Source of the DNA: Burkholderiaceae bacterium
GTDB taxonomy: Bacteria > Pseudomonadota > Gammaproteobacteria > Burkholderiales > Burkholderiaceae_C
DNA length: 64,000 nt
Direction of reading: 5' to 3'
Assembly (NCBI GenBank): GCA_041913905.1
Contig: JAYSEK010000024.1
Span: 2,862 to 66,861, forward strand
Made by a program: the position numbers and the translations under genes. Within the stretch, counting starts at the first letter, position 1. The number at the start of each line of letters is the position of its first letter. Below are positions 25,870 to 35,208 of the stretch, piece after piece. The notes beneath the pieces were generated by a model that was not told where the DNA came from, made no database searches, and saw only the letters and a list, made by a program, of their open reading frames with translations.

Positions 25870-28800
25870 TCAGCTGCCGCTCAGCCAGGTGATGGACGGG
25901 GGCTGCAGCTCCATGGTGCAACAGACCAGCGGTCCCTGCTGCTCCAGCCTGAGCTTGGCGCTGCGCCGCGGCAACAGGGCCCGGACCAGGCCCAGGCCGG
26001 ACACGCTGCCCGGCACACCCGCCAGGCTGAAGCCCGCCGGCAGCTGGCCGGGGTTGAGGATCTGGATGGACACGCGGTCCGCCTCGCAGCGCAGATGACA
26101 GTGGATGGGCGCATCCTGGCTGTGCTTGATCGCGTTGGTGAGCAGTTCGTTGAGCGTCAGGGCGATGGGGATGGACTCGGCCTCGGGCAGCGCCCAGCGC
26201 TCGGCCTCGGCCGCCATGCCACCTTCGATATGGCAGAGGATGGGCCGGCCGAACATGCGCTGCACCGAACCCGTGATGGCCTCCACCACCTTGGGCACGC
26301 GCAGCGGCCCGCTGCCGCCCACCTGCAGGCCGTAGACCTGGGCGATGGCCTGGACCTGGCCCACCGCTTCGGAGATGACGCCCTTGATTTCAGGACGGCG
26401 GGCGGCGATCTGCTGCAGCAGCCCGGCCACGCCCTGCAGATTGTTCTTGATGCGGTGGTGCACTTCCTTGACCAGCAGCTCGCGCTGGGCGATGGCAGCC
26501 TCCAGCCGGGCCGCCTCGGCGGCGCGCTGCTCGGTGACGTCGCTGGCGACCATCAGCAGCTGCTCGGGCTCGCTGGCGCCGTCCGGACGGCTGGCGTCGC
26601 TGAGATGCAGGTAGCGGGTGTCCCAGATGCGGGTCTCGCCGCCCATGCTCAGCGGGTACTCGCGCTGGGTGACGGCGTCGCTCTGCAGCGCGGCTTCCAT
26701 GTCGCGGCGGATGGCGCTGCCCTGCTCGGGGCCGAACAGCTCTTCGGGCGTCGCGCCCAGCAGGGCCTGTTCGGGGCGGCCGGCCAGGCGGGCCGCCACC
26801 TGGTTGATCTTCTCCAGGCGCAGGCTGCGGGCATCCAGCAGGCTGATGGCCAGCGGTGCCGCCTCGATGATGCGGCGCAGCGAGGCCTGCGCCTGCTGGG
26901 TCTGGGCCTCGGCCTGGCGGCGGCGCTCGATGTCCAGCAGCGCATAGGTGAGCTGGCGCCCGTGCTCGGCAAGACCTGTCACCACGGCATTGCCCACCAC
27001 CCAGAACTCACGCCCGTCGCGGGCCATCAGGCGGCATTCGAAGGTCTCGGCCTGGCCTTCGGTCAGTTCGTCCAGGTAGTGCGTCTGGCGGAAGGGATGG
27101 TCGGGGTCGGGCGTGGCGACGATGCTCATGGGCTGGCCGAGGAATTCGACCAGATCGCCGCCGAACATGCGCCGGGCCGAGCGGTTCATCCATTCGATGC
27201 CGCCGCGCCCCACGGTGACGATGCCCACCAGCACCGAGTCCAGCACGGCGCGCTCGCGCTCGGCCTGCAGCAGCAGCGACTGCTGGGCGCGCCAGCGGTC
27301 GTCCACGTTGACGTAGGTGGCGATCAGGGCTTCGTCGGCCAGGCCCTGTCGCATCAGGCGCTTGCTGACCTGCATCCACAGCAGGCTGCCATCACGCCGG
27401 CGTACGCGCCGCTCGCCGCGCCACAGGCCGCTGTCCAGCAGCGCCATGCGGGTCAGGCGGCTGATGTGCTCGTACTCGTGATGCGATTCGTAAAGTGCTT
27501 CCAGCGGCAGGCCGACCAGCTCCTCGATGCGGTAGCCGGTCAGCTGAGCCAGTGCCTCGTTGGCGCGTTCGATGCGGCCGCCGCGCAGGATGGCGATGCC
27601 CACGTCGGACAGGCTGAACATCAGCTCGCGGTCCTGCACCAGCGTTTCCAGCTGGGCTTGCTGGCTCTTGAGCCGGCTGATGTCGCTGATCACCGCAATG
27701 GCCTCGGGCTCCACCGACTGGCCTGCCGGCACGGCCTTGAGGCTCAGGGACAGCCAGCGGGCCTGCGTCTGCGTCTGGCCGACCTGCTGGAACTCGGCCT
27801 CGAAAGGCTGTTGCGGGTCCAGGGCCTGCAGGGCGGCCTGCACCTCGAGGCCGAGCTCGGGCAGGGCCTCGAACAGCCGCGTGATGCCGGTGCCAGCCTC
27901 CGGGACGGTGGCATGGCCCAGCATGTGGGCGAAGCCGGGATTGCAGCGCACCAGTCGCTGGCCGCGCAGGTAGGCCAGGCCCAGGCCGGCGCCGTCCATG
28001 GTGGTGCTCAGCTCGTGCAGCAGCTGCTCGCTGCGCGCCAGCGCCTGCTGCTGGGCCGTCATGTCCAGGGTCACGACCGAGGTGGTGCGCTGGCCCGAGC
28101 CCAGTTGCCCGGGTTCGACCCGCGTCAGCAGCCAGCGTCGTCCCAGCTCGGGATGGCGCACGGCATAGCGGACCTCCGCCTTCTCGCCGTTCTTGAGCGC
28201 CTGTTGCAGCCGCTCGAACGCGGGCAGGGATTCGGGCTCGACGATGTCCCGGCCCACGCCCTGCAGGCCGGCGAGCGTGCCGCTCGGTGCCGAGCCTGCC
28301 TTGCCGGCACGCGGCCTCAGCCAGCCGGCGTCCTGCTGGAAGGTGGCCAGGCCGACCCCCGCGGTGTCCATCAGGGCATCCAGCTGCTGATGGGCCAGAT
28401 CGCGCTCCTGCTCCAGGCTGCGGTCCTCCAGCAGGGCCATTGCCCGCGGCTGGCCGGCGGCCTCGGGCAGCACACGCACGCGGGCCTGCCACCAGCGGGC
28501 GCGGCCTTGCGGATCCCTGAGGCTGGCCTGTGTCAGCAAGGTGTCGCCGTCCTCCCGAAGCGAAGGGTGCAAGCCCTGCGGCGACCAGCCCAGCAGCTGC
28601 TGCAAGGCAGGGTCGGCGTCGTGCAGTGTGGACGGAACCCGCAGGCACAGGGCTGCAAAGGCGCTGTTGTGCCGCAGCAGCAGCCCCTGGGCATCGAACA
28701 GCACCACGGGTTGCGGGCTGAGGTCCAGCCACTGGGTCATTTCCCGCTGCAGGCGCTCGGCCTGATCGCGCGCCTGCAGCTCGGCGCTGCAGTCTTGCAG

Positions 28801-29649
28801 CACGACCAGGTTCAGCGTGGGGGCATGGGGCTCGTTGAGCCGGTGGCTGCTGAAGCGCATCCAGCGTTCGGGTCCGCCGGGTACGCGCAGACGCAGTGGG
28901 CGCGCCGAGTTGTCGGTCCGGACCAGGCTGCGCGCCAGGGCCCGGGCGTGGGGCCGCTCGCGCCAGTGGGCTCGGTCCTCGGGCGCCAGCCATTGCGCGA
29001 GGTCCTGGCCCAGCAAGGCGTCCAGCGGCTTGTCCAGAAGATGCAGCAAGGCCTCGTTGGCGGACTGCAGGCGATGCTGGCCATCCTCGACAAAGGCCGG
29101 CCAGGCCGAGTGCCAGAAAACCTGCAGCAGCTCTTGCGAAACGCCGGGAGCTAGCGTCCCCAGGCTGGTCTGCGAGGGGGCGGTCGTGGCCGTTGGTATT
29201 GGGGGCGTCGTGGTCGGCGCGGTACTGTCAGGGAGCGGGCGCCGGGCGAGCACGGAGCTCATGGCGCGTGCCGGCCTGGCGATCGGCGGCTGCGACTCGA
29301 TGCGGGCGTGCAGCATCCAGCGCACCGGGTCCTGCGGGTCGGGCGTCAGCGCGATGAGGGTGAGCTGGGCGCGCTGGCCGCCCATGGCCAGGGCAGGGGC
29401 GGTGGGGGCCCGCTTGCCGTCCGCCAGGGCCCGCGTGGCCAGCTTGAGCCAATCCAGCACGCGGGTGCCGGCGGCGGTCCGCAAACCCTGCAGATTGCCG
29501 CCAGCCTGCAGGTCCAGGGACTGGGCGGCGGGATTGGCCTCGAGGATCTCCAGCCGCTGGCCGAGCAGCAGCACCGGGTCGCTGAGCTCATGCATGAGCC
29601 CGCGCAATGCGGTCAGGTCCTGGGCGAGCAGAGAGAGCTGGGATGGCAC
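25870..29649 (-). CDS. Very large cytoplasmic multi-PAS sensor kinase with a HisKA_2-type (HHRxKNNLQ) core (1259 aa)
   Basis: Repeated PAS-like modules run through most of the length. The C-terminal kinase core has EVHHRIKNNLQGVAGLLQQ (phospho-His box of the HisKA_2/PdtaS type) and LNELLTNAIKHS. GTG start at 29649; the first internal ATG is at 29595. Confidence 0.85.
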   Translation of the reverse strand: MPSQLSLLAQDLTALRGLMHELSDPVLLLGQRLEILEANPAAQSLDLQAGGNLQGLRTAAGTRVLDWLKLATRALADGKRAPTAPALAMGGQRAQLTLIALTPDPQDPVRWMLHARIESQPPIARPARAMSSVLARRPLPDSTAPTTTPPIPTATTAPSQTSLGTLAPGVSQELLQVFWHSAWPAFVEDGQHRLQSANEALLHLLDKPLDALLGQDLAQWLAPEDRAHWRERPHARALARSLVRTDNSARPLRLRVPGGPERWMRFSSHRLNEPHAPTLNLVVLQDCSAELQARDQAERLQREMTQWLDLSPQPVVLFDAQGLLLRHNSAFAALCLRVPSTLHDADPALQQLLGWSPQGLHPSLREDGDTLLTQASLRDPQGRARWWQARVRVLPEAAGQPRAMALLEDRSLEQERDLAHQQLDALMDTAGVGLATFQQDAGWLRPRAGKAGSAPSGTLAGLQGVGRDIVEPESLPAFERLQQALKNGEKAEVRYAVRHPELGRRWLLTRVEPGQLGSGQRTTSVVTLDMTAQQQALARSEQLLHELSTTMDGAGLGLAYLRGQRLVRCNPGFAHMLGHATVPEAGTGITRLFEALPELGLEVQAALQALDPQQPFEAEFQQVGQTQTQARWLSLSLKAVPAGQSVEPEAIAVISDISRLKSQQAQLETLVQDRELMFSLSDVGIAILRGGRIERANEALAQLTGYRIEELVGLPLEALYESHHEYEHISRLTRMALLDSGLWRGERRVRRRDGSLLWMQVSKRLMRQGLADEALIATYVNVDDRWRAQQSLLLQAERERAVLDSVLVGIVTVGRGGIEWMNRSARRMFGGDLVEFLGQPMSIVATPDPDHPFRQTHYLDELTEGQAETFECRLMARDGREFWVVGNAVVTGLAEHGRQLTYALLDIERRRQAEAQTQQAQASLRRIIEAAPLAISLLDARSLRLEKINQVAARLAGRPEQALLGATPEELFGPEQGSAIRRDMEAALQSDAVTQREYPLSMGGETRIWDTRYLHLSDASRPDGASEPEQLLMVASDVTEQRAAEAARLEAAIAQRELLVKEVHHRIKNNLQGVAGLLQQIAARRPEIKGVISEAVGQVQAIAQVYGLQVGGSGPLRVPKVVEAITGSVQRMFGRPILCHIEGGMAAEAERWALPEAESIPIALTLNELLTNAIKHSQDAPIHCHLRCEADRVSIQILNPGQLPAGFSLAGVPGSVSGLGLVRALLPRRSAKLRLEQQGPLVCCTMELQPPSITWLSGS

Positions 29650-29719
29650 GGAGCGCAGTGTAGGCCAAGCGCCGGGCCGGCATGCCCAGTCGTGCCAGGG
29701 TTGGCGCTGAATCGCCGCC

Positions 29720-30907
29720 TTATTCGAGCTGGGCCGCCTTGCCCAAGGCGCGGGTCACCGCGAGGTTGACCTCCTGGATGCCCAGCATCAAGGCGTCGGC
29801 GCTGCTGCGGAAGTCGAAGGCCGATCCGTTCTCGATGGCATGGACCAGGTCCAGGTAGGGCTTGTAGGGCCCGCTTTGCTCGACGAGCGCCTGGCGCACG
29901 CGCTCGGGCACCGGGATGGACTGCAGCAGCTTGTCGAAGGGCTGCTTGAGCATGTGGTCCAGCAGCGAGAAGAGGCCGCAGATGAACATCTCGTCACGCA
30001 TCTCGGATTCGCTCATGCCCTTGGCCAGCTCTTCCATCAGCAAGCCGCGGCGCAAGGCGGCGTACATGATGGGCCGCATGGCGTGGTCCTTGCTGGCCGT
30101 GGCCAGCAGCAGGGCCAGCCAGCGCTTCAGGCGCGCATAGCCCAGCAGCATGATGGCGTGGCGGAAGGAGCTGACCTCCACCGGCAGCCCGAAGGCCGCC
30201 GAATTCATGTAGCGCAGCAGCTTGAAGGCCAGGCTCGGGTCGCGCTTGAGCGTCTGTTCCAGCCGTTCGACGTCGTCGCCCTGGTCCAGGCGCGACATCA
30301 GCTCGACGATGACCTGCAGGTCGGCCTGGATCTCCGGCTTGCCGGCGCCGGCGGGCGCCTCATAGGCCTCGGTGGCGGGGCTGCCGGTCACGCTGGCCGC
30401 GCCGAGCTTGAAGGCTTCGTCGATCTCGGCCGCGCCGCGGGCATTGCCGACCAGCACGTTCTTGCCCTGCAAGGCTGCCAGGCCCAGGCGGCGGGCGTCG
30501 TCCAGGTCCAGCTGCACGCGGCCGAAGGCGGCCCGCAGTTCAGGTGTAAGGGGATTGGCGCTGAGGCCTTTGAGCAGCAGGCCGGTGCCGTTTTTGCGGG
30601 CCGCCTGGATGGCCTCGGCAGCCTCGGGGCTGGTGCACATGAAGGCCGGCCATTCGAGCTGGGCCTGGGCGGGCAGCGGCTGCACGGCCAAGCCTTGCAG
30701 GCCGGCCTCGCTCATCAGATTGAGTTGCAGGGGCTTGGGCGGTTCGCCAAAGGCCGGCGCCAGGGCGGCCAGCAGGGCGGCTCCATCCAGCGGCGCATCC
30801 GGGCGCAGCGGCAGGATGCTCAGGCGTGTGGCGGTGACCATGCGCTGGGCGTCGACGACAGGCGCATAGCCGAGGGCCACTTGGCCCAGGATGGGGTGTT
30901 CACTCAT
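29720..30907 (-). CDS. HDOD-domain signalling protein with a degenerate EAL-like N-terminal half (395 aa)
   Basis: HDOD core LKRDPSLAFKLLRYMNSAAFGLPVEVSSFRHAIMLLGYARLKRWLALLL. The N-terminal half has the layout of the EAL+HDOD family, but ATRLSIL sits where the E-(A/L)-L motif is expected. Its ATG is 19 nt downstream of the flgL stop. Confidence 0.75.
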   Translation of the reverse strand: MSEHPILGQVALGYAPVVDAQRMVTATRLSILPLRPDAPLDGAALLAALAPAFGEPPKPLQLNLMSEAGLQGLAVQPLPAQAQLEWPAFMCTSPEAAEAIQAARKNGTGLLLKGLSANPLTPELRAAFGRVQLDLDDARRLGLAALQGKNVLVGNARGAAEIDEAFKLGAASVTGSPATEAYEAPAGAGKPEIQADLQVIVELMSRLDQGDDVERLEQTLKRDPSLAFKLLRYMNSAAFGLPVEVSSFRHAIMLLGYARLKRWLALLLATASKDHAMRPIMYAALRRGLLMEELAKGMSESEMRDEMFICGLFSLLDHMLKQPFDKLLQSIPVPERVRQALVEQSGPYKPYLDLVHAIENGSAFDFRSSADALMLGIQEVNLAVTRALGKAAQLE

Positions 30908-30926
30908 GCGGGCGTTCTGCTCGGGG

Positions 30927-32138
30927 TCAGTTGCGTAGGTAGTCGAAGAGGGACATGCGCTGCACGGTCGCGTAGGCCTTGAGCGCCGCTTCGTAGCCCG
31001 TCTGCTGGTTCTGGAAGTCGGAGATGGCGCGGGTCATGTCAAGGTCTTCGGCGGCCGACTTCTCGGCTTCGTTGTACTGCTTCAGCGCGGCCAGTCGGTT
31101 CTCGGTGCCATCCAGATTGTTCAGGCGCTCGCCGACCTGGCTTCGCACATTCTGCAGGTTGGCAATGGAGGCGTCCAGGTCGCGGACGGACAGGACGTTG
31201 CTTTGCACGATCTGGATACCTGTTCTGTTGGTCTGGCGCAGGTCCGCGACGGCGCCGTCCAGCACGTCGAAGATTCGGAGCGTGCTGGATGCCGGCTGGA
31301 TCTGGAATTCGTCGCCGTCGGTGGCTGTGCCCGACAGTGTCATGGACATTCCGTCGAACTCGATGCTCTTGCCCGAGGCAAAGGTGCCAGATGTCACAAC
31401 ACCGCCCGTTGTCGTGTCGGTGACGGTGTAGGTGGCGCCCGGGCCGGTGCCCGTGATGGAGATCTTGTAGGTGTCGCCCGTCAAGGCGGCCGGATTGATC
31501 ACCCGGCCGGCGTCGATCCAGGACTTGGCCGGCGCGCCCGTGATGCTGTTGGGCAGGTCGGAGGTCACGAAGCTCCCGTTGCCGCTGCGGGCCTGCTCCC
31601 AGGTCATGCGGCCGTCGACGGTCAGGGGGAAGTTGTCCAGGTTGCCGGTCTGGATCTGGCCGGCGGAGCCGCTGTAGACCACGCCGGTGGCGGTGTCCAG
31701 GAAGGGCGGGTTGCCCGAGCCCTGGCCGGAGAACAGGTAGCCACCGCTGCCGTCGGCGCGGTTGGCGATGGACAGCAACTGGCCGCGCAGGCCTTCGATC
31801 TTGTTGGCCAGGCTGTTGCGCTCGGAGTCGCTGTAAGTGGCGTTGCCGGCGGCCACCATGGTTTCGCGGATCTGCTGCAGGATTTCGTTGGCGTCACCCA
31901 GCGCGCCTTCGATCAGGGTCATGCCATTGCGGCTGGCTTCCAGGGCGCGCTGGTTGGCGTCCACGCGCCCCATCGTGGCCAGCGCGCGCTCGGAGCGCGC
32001 GGCGCCGGTCGGGTCGTCGCTGGCGCGCTCCACGCGCTTGCCGGAAGTCAGCCGCTGCTGGGTCGCCTGCAGCCGCTCCTGGCGGGCCTGCAGATCAGTG
32101 ATGCCGGCGTCGAAGACGTTGATGGTGGCGAGTCTCAT
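30927..32138 (-). CDS. flgL: Hook-filament junction protein FlgL (403 aa)
   Basis: Flagellin-like N-terminus (RLTSGKRVERASDDPTGAARSERA). Position after flgK. C-terminal helical segment. Confidence 0.88.
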   Translation of the reverse strand: MRLATINVFDAGITDLQARQERLQATQQRLTSGKRVERASDDPTGAARSERALATMGRVDANQRALEASRNGMTLIEGALGDANEILQQIRETMVAAGNATYSDSERNSLANKIEGLRGQLLSIANRADGSGGYLFSGQGSGNPPFLDTATGVVYSGSAGQIQTGNLDNFPLTVDGRMTWEQARSGNGSFVTSDLPNSITGAPAKSWIDAGRVINPAALTGDTYKISITGTGPGATYTVTDTTTGGVVTSGTFASGKSIEFDGMSMTLSGTATDGDEFQIQPASSTLRIFDVLDGAVADLRQTNRTGIQIVQSNVLSVRDLDASIANLQNVRSQVGERLNNLDGTENRLAALKQYNEAEKSAAEDLDMTRAISDFQNQQTGYEAALKAYATVQRMSLFDYLRN

Positions 32139-32165
32139 GCGGATACCTCTTCAGGCGTGGGTGCT

Positions 32166-34166
32166 TCAGCGCTGGGCCAGCGTCAGCAGTTCGGCAAAGA
32201 CGGTCTGCGCCGTCTGCAGCACCTTGGCCGCGGCCTGGTAGCCCTGCTGGTACTGCATCAGGCGCGCGGCCTCTTCGTCCAGGTTCACGCCGGCCTGGCC
32301 GGCACGGTTGGCCTCGGCATCGGCCGCCACGGCGCCGGACACCTTGCTGAGGTACTGCGCACCCTGCACCCGCGAGCCGATTTCGGACATGGCGGCGGCG
32401 TAGGCGTCGTTGATGGTGGAGCCCGGAGCGATGGTCCCGTCGGGCAGCAGCCGCTGGCCGACGAAGGCTTCCTTCTGGATGTTCAGGAAGGCCTTGGCAT
32501 TGCCGTTGTTGCTGGCGGGGAACTTGGTGGTCGTGATGTCCACGGCATCGCCCACCTTGGGAACGCCGGCGAGGCTGAGCTCGAAGCCGAGGTCGATGGG
32601 AGGTACCGCCGTGGGCTGGTTGCCGATCGGCGTGCCGGGCGTCCAGGTGCCGGTGAGCGTGCTGCTGTCTGCCAGCGTGAGCGTGTAGTCCACGCCATTG
32701 GGAACGGTGGCGCTGGGCGATCCGAACACCAGCCGGGCAGGTGTCTTGCTGAGGTCGAGCTTGTTGTTGACCGCGTACATGGCGTCGACGCTGATCGTGC
32801 CCTTGTTGTTCACGTCGGTGGTGGCGCTGACGGGCGATGCCGCGGCGATGCCGGTCGTCTGGTCCAGCGAGCGCCGCATGCCCACCGAGGCCTGCGTCAC
32901 CGGTTGCAGCAGGAAGGTGTCGGTGGGGGCCAGCGGGCTGCCGATCAGGTCGATCTTGAAGCCGTCCACCGTGTCGCCATCGGCCACCGTTCGCACGAGG
33001 CCGTCGGAGAGCCGGGTCAGCTTGTAGTTGCCGGGGCTTGCGGCGTCCGGCTCCAGCCGGTAGGAGCTGGCTTGCACCATCGAGGCGTTCGTGATGGTCA
33101 GCTGAATCTTGGCCGAGAAGGTGCCGTCGGGGTTGCGCGCGTTCGTGTCGGCCGGCAGGGCCAGCGGCGGCGCAATGGCGAAGATGGGGTTGCCGGCGCC
33201 AGGCGGGTTGGTCTGGGTCCAGCCAAGCGCCTGCTGGTCGTTCACGCGGGTTACCAGCGCCGTGGCGATCTGCCCGAGCAGATTGCGCGCATCCTCGATG
33301 TCATGGTTCTGGTACTTCATCAAGGCGCTCAGCGATCCCCCCGACAGGATGTTCTCGTCGAGCTTGCGGGTGCCGCTGGCATCCACGATGCTGATGCTGG
33401 CCTTCATGGGATCGTAGGCGTCGGTGCTGACCTGCAGCGGTTGCGCGTCCGCGCCCAGCACCAGCCGTTGGCCGCCACCAATGAAGATGCCCACGCTGCC
33501 GTCGGATTGAGAGAGCGTCGTGACGGCCACGTACTGGCTGAGCTGGTTGATCAGCTGATCGCGCTTGTCCAGCAGGTCGTTGGCGGTGTGGCCGTTGCCG
33601 ATGGAGCGCGAGACCTGGTCGTTGGCCGCCGCGATCTGCTTGGAGAGCTGGTTGATGACGTCGACCGTGGCCTTCATGTCGCTGACCACGCCCGCCTGCA
33701 GCTGCTGCAGCTGCTGGCCGGCGGCAGCGAAGCGGGCGGCCAATTCCTGCGCTCTGCCCAGCACCACCTGCCGGGCGGAGGGGTCGTTGGGGCGGCTCGT
33801 GACGTCGACCATGGCGTTGAGGAACTGGCTGGAGGCATAGCCCAGGCCCTGGTCACCGGTCGGGAACAGCTTTTCCAACTGCGTGAGCTGCTCCAGGTGC
33901 GTCTGGTCCATGTATGCCGTCGACTTGGTGGTGGCGGCATTGGCCGTCAGGAAGGCGTTGTAGGAGCGCGTGACGGTCTCGACGATCACACCCTTGCCGA
34001 AGTAGCCGGCGCCGGTGTACTGGCCCTCGGGCGTCGTCAGCTGCACCGACTGGCGCGAGTAGCCCTGCGTGTTGGCGTTCGCGATGTTCTGGCCGATGAC
34101 CTGCAGCGCCGCCTGGTTGGCGAACATGGCCCGCATGCCCAGCGACATCAGTGCGGAGTTGCCCAT
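32166..34166 (-). CDS. flgK: Hook-filament junction protein FlgK (666 aa)
   Basis: N-terminus MGNSALMSLGMRAMFANQAALQVIGQNIANANTQGYSRQ. C-terminus VNLDEEAARLMQYQQGYQAAAKVLQTAQTVF. Confidence 0.92.
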   Translation of the reverse strand: MGNSALMSLGMRAMFANQAALQVIGQNIANANTQGYSRQSVQLTTPEGQYTGAGYFGKGVIVETVTRSYNAFLTANAATTKSTAYMDQTHLEQLTQLEKLFPTGDQGLGYASSQFLNAMVDVTSRPNDPSARQVVLGRAQELAARFAAAGQQLQQLQAGVVSDMKATVDVINQLSKQIAAANDQVSRSIGNGHTANDLLDKRDQLINQLSQYVAVTTLSQSDGSVGIFIGGGQRLVLGADAQPLQVSTDAYDPMKASISIVDASGTRKLDENILSGGSLSALMKYQNHDIEDARNLLGQIATALVTRVNDQQALGWTQTNPPGAGNPIFAIAPPLALPADTNARNPDGTFSAKIQLTITNASMVQASSYRLEPDAASPGNYKLTRLSDGLVRTVADGDTVDGFKIDLIGSPLAPTDTFLLQPVTQASVGMRRSLDQTTGIAAASPVSATTDVNNKGTISVDAMYAVNNKLDLSKTPARLVFGSPSATVPNGVDYTLTLADSSTLTGTWTPGTPIGNQPTAVPPIDLGFELSLAGVPKVGDAVDITTTKFPASNNGNAKAFLNIQKEAFVGQRLLPDGTIAPGSTINDAYAAAMSEIGSRVQGAQYLSKVSGAVAADAEANRAGQAGVNLDEEAARLMQYQQGYQAAAKVLQTAQTVFAELLTLAQR

Positions 34167-34209
34167 GGTTCAGTCCTCGATTCCGTTGGCGGGGAGCGGT
34201 GCCTGCCGC

Positions 34210-35070
34210 TCAGGCCATGGCGCGCTGCACGCGCACCGTGGTGTGGATGGTTCTGGCCAGCTTGACGGCGTACTCGGGGTCGGTGGCGTAGCCGGCCTTC
34301 TGCAGGCCCTGGGCGAAGGTCTCGGCGTTGCCGCTGCCGGCCTTGGCGACCACGTCCTTGTAGCGCTCGTTGTTGCTCAGCAGCTTGGCATAGTCCTTGA
34401 AGGCCTCCGCGTAGTTGTCGTAGGCGCGGAACTTGGCGGTTACTTTTTGCAGGCGGCCGTCGATGTATTCGGTGGTCTGCACTTCGGTGGTCTTGCCGGT
34501 CCAGCCCGGCGTGGCCTTGATGCCGAAGATGTTGTGCGAGCTGCTGCCGTCCTTGTTGAGGATCTCGCGCCGTCCCCATGCGGACTCATGGGCGGCCTGG
34601 GCGATCATGAAGGAGGCCGGGATGCCGGTGCTGGCCTGCGCCTCCTTGGCGGCGGCGTCGTGCTTGAGGATGAAGTCCTGCACATGCGGCGCCACGTTCT
34701 TCTTCGCGAGCTGCGGCAAGGCCTGCACGCCCGCGGTCTTGTCGGCTTCTCCGCCGATGCCCATCTGACGCTGCAGCTGGCGGCTGATGGCCTCGGACAG
34801 ACCGCCGGGCAGGCCGGTCATCTTGGCGGCGAACTGCTGGTCCAGCATCTCGGTCCCCATCTGAGAGCCGGCGTTGTCCAGCATGCCCGAGGACAGCGTG
34901 GCGGCGCGCATGCTCTTCATCACCTCCTGCATGAAGAGCGATTCGAACTGCTTGGCCGTCTCGCGGATCTGGCTCTTGGGGTCGCGCGCGGCCGCCGAAC
35001 GCAGGGCCTCCAGCGAGCGGGTGTCGGTGCTCAGGCTGTTGCCGCTGAGCGTGGGCGGATTGAATCGCAT
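34210..35070 (-). CDS. flgJ: Rod-binding / peptidoglycan hydrolase FlgJ (286 aa)
   Basis: N-terminal rod-binding region (AKQFESLFMQEVMKSMR). C-terminal glucosaminidase domain (AAHESAWGRREI...HNIFGIKA...EYIDG...FRAYDNYAEAFKDYAKLL). GAGGAG RBS before the ATG at 35070. Confidence 0.9.
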   Translation of the reverse strand: MRFNPPTLSGNSLSTDTRSLEALRSAAARDPKSQIRETAKQFESLFMQEVMKSMRAATLSSGMLDNAGSQMGTEMLDQQFAAKMTGLPGGLSEAISRQLQRQMGIGGEADKTAGVQALPQLAKKNVAPHVQDFILKHDAAAKEAQASTGIPASFMIAQAAHESAWGRREILNKDGSSSHNIFGIKATPGWTGKTTEVQTTEYIDGRLQKVTAKFRAYDNYAEAFKDYAKLLSNNERYKDVVAKAGSGNAETFAQGLQKAGYATDPEYAVKLARTIHTTVRVQRAMA

Positions 35071-35166
35071 ATCAGGTCTCCTCGGCGACATCCCGCATCG
35101 TGGATGCAGGGCACCGTTCGAGCCGAGCGGCATCCGAGGATCCGGCTTTGCCGGGCCTACGGATGC

Positions 35167-35182
35167 GCCCCCTCGAGGGGGC
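35167..35182. repeat. Perfect 16-nt GC-rich palindrome in the 138-nt flgI-flgJ spacer
   Basis: GCCCCCTCGAGGGGGC. It resembles CACCCC-CCGAG-GGGGTG at 3986-4002. Confidence 0.6.
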
Positions 35183-35208
35183 TGGCGAAGCCAGTAGGGG
35201 GTGGGCCA

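Noticed and set aside
18567-29154. Long ORFs opposite the signalling genes (18567-20966, 21875-23650, 22530-23177, 25819-29154 and others)
   Set aside because: This is the same high-GC antisense artefact. Each lies fully inside a well-supported kinase or GGDEF/EAL gene on the other strand. Only the 3-prime part of 21875-25015 (from 23654) is real.
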